Below the pieces are notes generated by a model that saw nothing but the letters and a program-made list of their open reading frames with translations, was not told the DNA's origin and did not search any database. DNA of 62,777 bases, counting the filler, from Choristocarpus tenellus KU-1152 (Eukaryota > Protista > Phaeophyceae), in assembly GCA_964200185.2 (NCBI GenBank). It is 7 parts of 7 records of this genome, joined end to end, with 100 filler letters (N's around TTAATTAATTAA, not from the genome) between each part and the next. Parts side by side here need not be neighbours in the genome. Positions count along the whole stretch, not along the records: positions 57,866 to 62,777 come from CAXNAD020012559.1; 6 more parts are not named here. One strand, 5' to 3'. The translations under genes were made by a program, and so were the position numbers. The first letter of the stretch is position 1; each line of letters starts with the position of its first letter. This document shows positions 57,939-62,777 of the stretch, one piece after another.

Positions 57939-60279
57939 CAAGCAGCAGGTAAGGCAGCCCAAGCAGACCAGGGCACACACACACTCTCGAAATAAATGTA
58001 GAGTGTCTAATGAAGTTTTCTTTTTCTCACTAACTCTCTTTTTGGGGTGGACTATTCTCGCATCCCTCTTTCTTCGTGTTTGATATGTGTGAGTGGTGTT
58101 TTTGGATTAGATAGATCTGTTGTGCCAGTGATTTTTTTTCCCTGTTCCCATACGACCTCACGATATATGACACCCTCAATGATGATGTTCCATCCTGAAT
58201 ATTGTATGTTAATGCATTATTACATGTAGGTTTCTGAAATCGATCGAGTCACCACAATTCAAATTGGGTAAAACAAAAAGTGAGTACAAAACAGGACTCT
58301 TCTATTCCAATACGTCACTTCAATCCTTTTGTACTATACCAGGGTCAGACCTTAATGAACAGGTGGGGTGGCTCTTCTTTACCATAAAACCAAAATGGAT
58401 GGAGTGAGGGGTCAAGTAGGATACAATTTCGTGGAGGTTGAAGTTGAATGAGATCAGTGTTTTTGTTTTGAATCCGATATCGGATGGAAAGTCTTATTTT
58501 GGAAATGTTCCTTCATGTATATAGTACTTCTATAGAAAGTTCCTTGTTGGGTTTACAATTGTAGTTTTGAATACTTGGGGAATGGTGTTGAAGTTGCGGC
58601 TAGACGATTTGATCGAGTGAAGGTATGTTGCATTGCCGAAGTTGTTCTTCAGTCTTCATCCTCTTATGTGTTGTTCACGCAGGCCCATTGATCTTCCATA
58701 GCTGCTATAGAAGTTACAGGTTGATGGGAAGCATGCGGGAAACGAAACTCCAGAAATCCGATGTTCAACGCATGGATCATTGGTTCACCTCATATGCGAC
58801 CAGGGGAAACCATTGGCCTTAAACCAAGTTGTTGCAGAGGGTAGGGTAGGATACTAACAAAGTAAAGCAAACACACTCTCGCAACCACCCAAACCACTAT
58901 TAGGAGTGAGGCAAAAACACTTAACCAGAGTGAGAAATACCAAGATTCCCTAAGGAGGAAGGAGGAGCGAATGAGATAACACTAGACCCCGAAACCCTCT
59001 ACCCTAAAACCATGAATAATAATTATCGTGTGTGTACAGCGCGAGTTTATGTCTCTGTAACTTGTTAGGAATTGTACATAATATGTGAATATCATATACT
59101 CCCAGTATAATATAAGTTTAAACGAGGGCACGTGAATTTCTGGTGCTTCCCCTGTTGTTGTTAATTTGTTGTTATAGGTGAAAAGGTGTTATTCACCAGT
59201 AACAATTGAATGGTACTTATTAGAGCTCTAGGTCGATGTTGATAAGTATTATTTTTATTAATTAGGTCCTCAATCAAAGGTATACGTTCAATTTAGAGTT
59301 TTTTTTTTGTAAAATGGGAAAGTTTATGAGGTAATCTGAGTTTCGCAGGCAGGAGAATTCTGGTAGGAATGGGAAGAGAGGGGTGAGGGAGGAAAAAGAA
59401 AAATTAGTCAAGGGTTGAACGAAGTTTGAAGTACTGAGTGACTAGGAGGCAGAAGAGGTAGGAGAGAAGTAAAAGAAATGGGTGGTAGGTGGGAACACAA
59501 GGTAAGAAGGAATGGTCAGAACATAAGGAAAACCTAAGGCTGATGGTATGGGACAAGGAGGACTAGAATGAGACAACCTCTGAGCAATCTCTCCCACCCA
59601 CCCACCCTTTCGCTAGGCCACGACCGATTGGGATGCTGGGTTAGTGGGGGAGAGGTCAAGTTCGGGCGAGGTAGATGTCTTCTAATTCAAAGGCACGGTA
59701 CATGAAGTGGATGATAAAGGGGTGTTCTTGGATGATTGTGTATTGGTATTGAGTGGTGTGGGGGAGTGGGAAGTGGGGGAAATGTTGGGGGGTTGAGTAG
59801 TGTTGAATGGTGTTGGGAAGCGGTAATTGGGGGAATGTCTTGTGAGGGGGAGTGGTGACTGGATATCAGTGTCGAAGGGGTTGCACTGTTCGGATGTGGG
59901 GGGTGGCTGGAAATCAGTGGTGAAATGAGTTCGCATTGGTTGGTCATTGCAGGGGGGGGTAACTGGAAATCAGGGGCGAAGAGGCCGCACTGGTTGGTCA
60001 CAAGTGGTGGTACAATGGGTAGGAGGGGAAAGGGTGGGATATAAACATAGAATAAATAATAATAACCCAGAACTCGTGAGCAAAGCAAAACACGGGATTG
60101 CCATGGGGATAAGTTATATTCCTCCACTGGCAAATCAATATGCCTCTGTCATGAATTTACAAAAATTGACAAAAGATTACATAGAATGCCCTGCTAAATC
60201 AGGTGGCAGTTGTCTCTCTTACTACTCCCATTATATGGTACACAATTAATACTAAGTTGTTGATTATTTTAATGTAGTA

Positions 60280-60841
60280 GATCCGATCACACCTGACAGG
60301 TCAAGCAAGATTTATCAGGGGCCAATCGATTATCAATTAAATCAGATCAACTATATGGTGGAATACGTCCTAACACAGATACACATGAAGACGAAAGTCA
60401 ATTTCCAACAGCTTCAAGATAACCAAAATTCCTATGGCTCCAAAGTGTCCAATATTTTAGATGTTTGCATTTCATTCAATCAAATCTGGGCTTGGCATTT
60501 CAATCTATACATTGTCTCAATTGCTACACTCAAAACTTTGCAAGAAATGTTCCTCATTTCTTTCATCGTTGTGTCGATACACAGGACGTACGTATCATAA
60601 GTACTGGTGAATTAATTGTGGTAACAGCAAATTTAAATGTGGGAAACACGAGTACCAACAAGGATTTTCTCTGGCGACCATTGCAACTACACTAGCTCTT
60701 TTTTCTCCTTTCGGTATTTCAAAAAAATTATCTTCTAGAGCTCTACAAATATAGCATATTTTTTGGTATTTGAAGCATGTACGGTTTCAACGACACGTTT
60801 AGGACCCTTGAGACTAATGTGTAGATTAGTTTTATCTCAGT

Positions 60842-60872
<31 letters not shown>

Positions 60873-61740
60873 TCGTAATTCATACGTATCCATACAGGAC
60901 TTCACCGAAAAACATCTTCCCCTGGGACAAATCATACCTTTACCTAAAGTAATTGTTGTTGTAAATGTGAAAGATATATCCCTAAAATCTGTTTGGTGTC
61001 CTTGTCGTTACACAAATATATCTCCATAGAAGGAGGTACATACAATAGAACACATCAGCACTAGACAGATAACCTATAAGCTGTACTTCCACACTTCCTC
61101 CAATGAAAAAAGGCAGCAAGGTATAGTTTATGGAGTTTTGGTATATATATATGGACCTTTGGACGACATCTTCTCCACTCCTATCCTGAGGTATCTTATA
61201 TATGACGAAAGGCGACTAATAGAAATAACCTCCAAAGTATACAGATGTCATGAAAAAAAATTGTAGCTGCCACCAATAGGAAGGTCGATTGCACTCCCAT
61301 TAACCAGGTGCCACACAAAATCCAGTAACAATTAATAATTGTTGACACATCTAAAAAATTTCACCATGCATGATAATATGTATCATTAATAGTATATGGA
61401 CAGAGAATGTATGTTGCAATTACTGAAAACCACTGATTTCGGAACGTTTCTAGAGGTTCCCCCCAAGAAGATGGAAACTACTCATATTTTTACTTGCATA
61501 CAATATTATTGAAAATACATTTTTTATCAATATTTCTAGAAATACAGTACTATCAATATTGGAGATTTAGTATTGTAGAAGAAGAAACGGACACTACTGT
61601 TCTATGTCAATGAACTACCTCAACATATACCTTTCTATAACTATGTAAGGACCATAGTTCGACACAATAAACTATGTTCCTTCCTGATCTGGGGATTCTG
61701 CTGTGTGGAGCTATCTGCCCTTCTCAACACAAAGAAGTAA
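60280..61740 (+). pseudogene. Decayed Pif1-family (SF1B) helicase, possibly Helitron-derived
   Basis: Motif remnants in the expected order: QEMFLIS (~60541, motif II-like), IFSGDH/QL (~60665, motif III with frameshift), VAATNRKVD (61263-61289) and SITM*GP*FDTI (~61635, like TIHKSQGxTFD). Many stops. Confidence 0.35.
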
Positions 61741-62755
61741 GTGCTCCATTCGTGCAGAATGCGGAACCATGCTTTTATCTAGCAAAGTGCGCTCACTCCT
61801 TATGGAACCGTCTCCCCTCTCCTGTGACGTCAACCCATGATATTTTGTGTCTAATCTCCAACATGGAGAAGGGGAAAGCGAGTTCGCGAGATGTCGGAAT
61901 GCTCACCCGACATCTTGGACCTTGGGATGCAGAGAGGGGAGGAAATTGTTAATTTCTTCCGCCTTTTGACCGTGATATTGACCGGGACTGCTGTGTCAGC
62001 GTGGATGAATTTTGCAAGGGCCAGAAGAAAGTTGCTCCTGTTCCTCCATTGGATGAGGTGACGAAATGATTGATTGATCTGCACCCCATACCACCTTGAA
62101 AATATTCGTTTGTAGTGAATAGAATGGAAGGAGGAAAAAATCCTGTTGGGATGGGGGAATAATTCTGCGGTGCTATCTCCCACGTTTAGTGTGCAACGCA
62201 CTGCTTTCTTTTGTCCTCTCCATGGCTATATCTGCGTGCTAATAACGGGGGTAGGGTACAGCAGGTATACCTTATGAGGCATCCTTCCTGCAAGTACGGT
62301 AATACTTACTGTTAATAATATACTTTAAAGTAATAATATACTATGATATTTCCTGCTAAACACCCTTTTTTCTTAATTGTGAAGGTGTGCTAACTATGTT
62401 CGCTGCCAATCTCACTCGAAACTCTACCACTTGACTATGTAGCAGTACCATAACAGTGAGTATAACATACACTTGCGACATGGCGCTCTAATGGTTATCG
62501 TGGTGCTTTCATGTGGCCAAAAGTGGATTGATCTTCGCGTTTTCGCAAGCGATCATGTGCACCATGGTTTTGAACTGCTGGTCGACGGAAGAGGTCAAGC
62601 CGGTAATCTACTTCTTCAAGTTCACTGCGCTTGCAAGTGGGAATTTATTCTCTCTCAGTGACCTGGCTCTTACCATCCGCCTTGCACAGGTAATCGAGGT
62701 AAGAACATGTCGGGCATATCGCTTGAGTACGCTTGGGGTTAAGCCTGAAAGATGG

Positions 62756-62777
62756 GGGTCAAAGTATCTTGGGGGGG
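62756..62777. mobile_element. MITE family B terminus at the window end
   Basis: GGGTCAAAGTATCTTGGGGGGG. Confidence 0.65.

Overview
Eukaryotic, intron-rich DNA. The PABP and TOP1 sequences and the TTAGGG motifs suggest a stramenopile, possibly a brown alga (inference). The window is not one locus: it is seven scaffolds joined by artificial 100-nt N44-TTAATTAATTAA-N44 linkers (20834-20933, 36298-36397, 40489-40588, 46448-46547, 53800-53899, 57766-57865), so adjacency across a linker means nothing. I reconstructed the spliced genes by hand from GT-AG sites and phase matching. They are GTP cyclohydrolase II (minus, 4 exons) divergent from ribosomal protein eL30, a 16-coding-exon poly(A)-binding protein, the 3' part of an unrecognised gene, DNA topoisomerase IB (3'-truncated by the scaffold end), a PA-TM-RING-H2 ubiquitin ligase with an extra C-terminal hydrophobic helix, and the 3' part of a PX-domain gene. 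The rest is transposon debris: four MITE families with related GRGYCAAA-type termini, hAT transposase relics, a probable Pif1/Helitron helicase relic, and stacked LTR-retrotransposon 3' ends whose ORF ends in a Tudor-like domain just before the polypurine tract. That Tudor-tailed retroelement is my best candidate for an under-described system. I found no CRISPR array, rRNA or tRNA.
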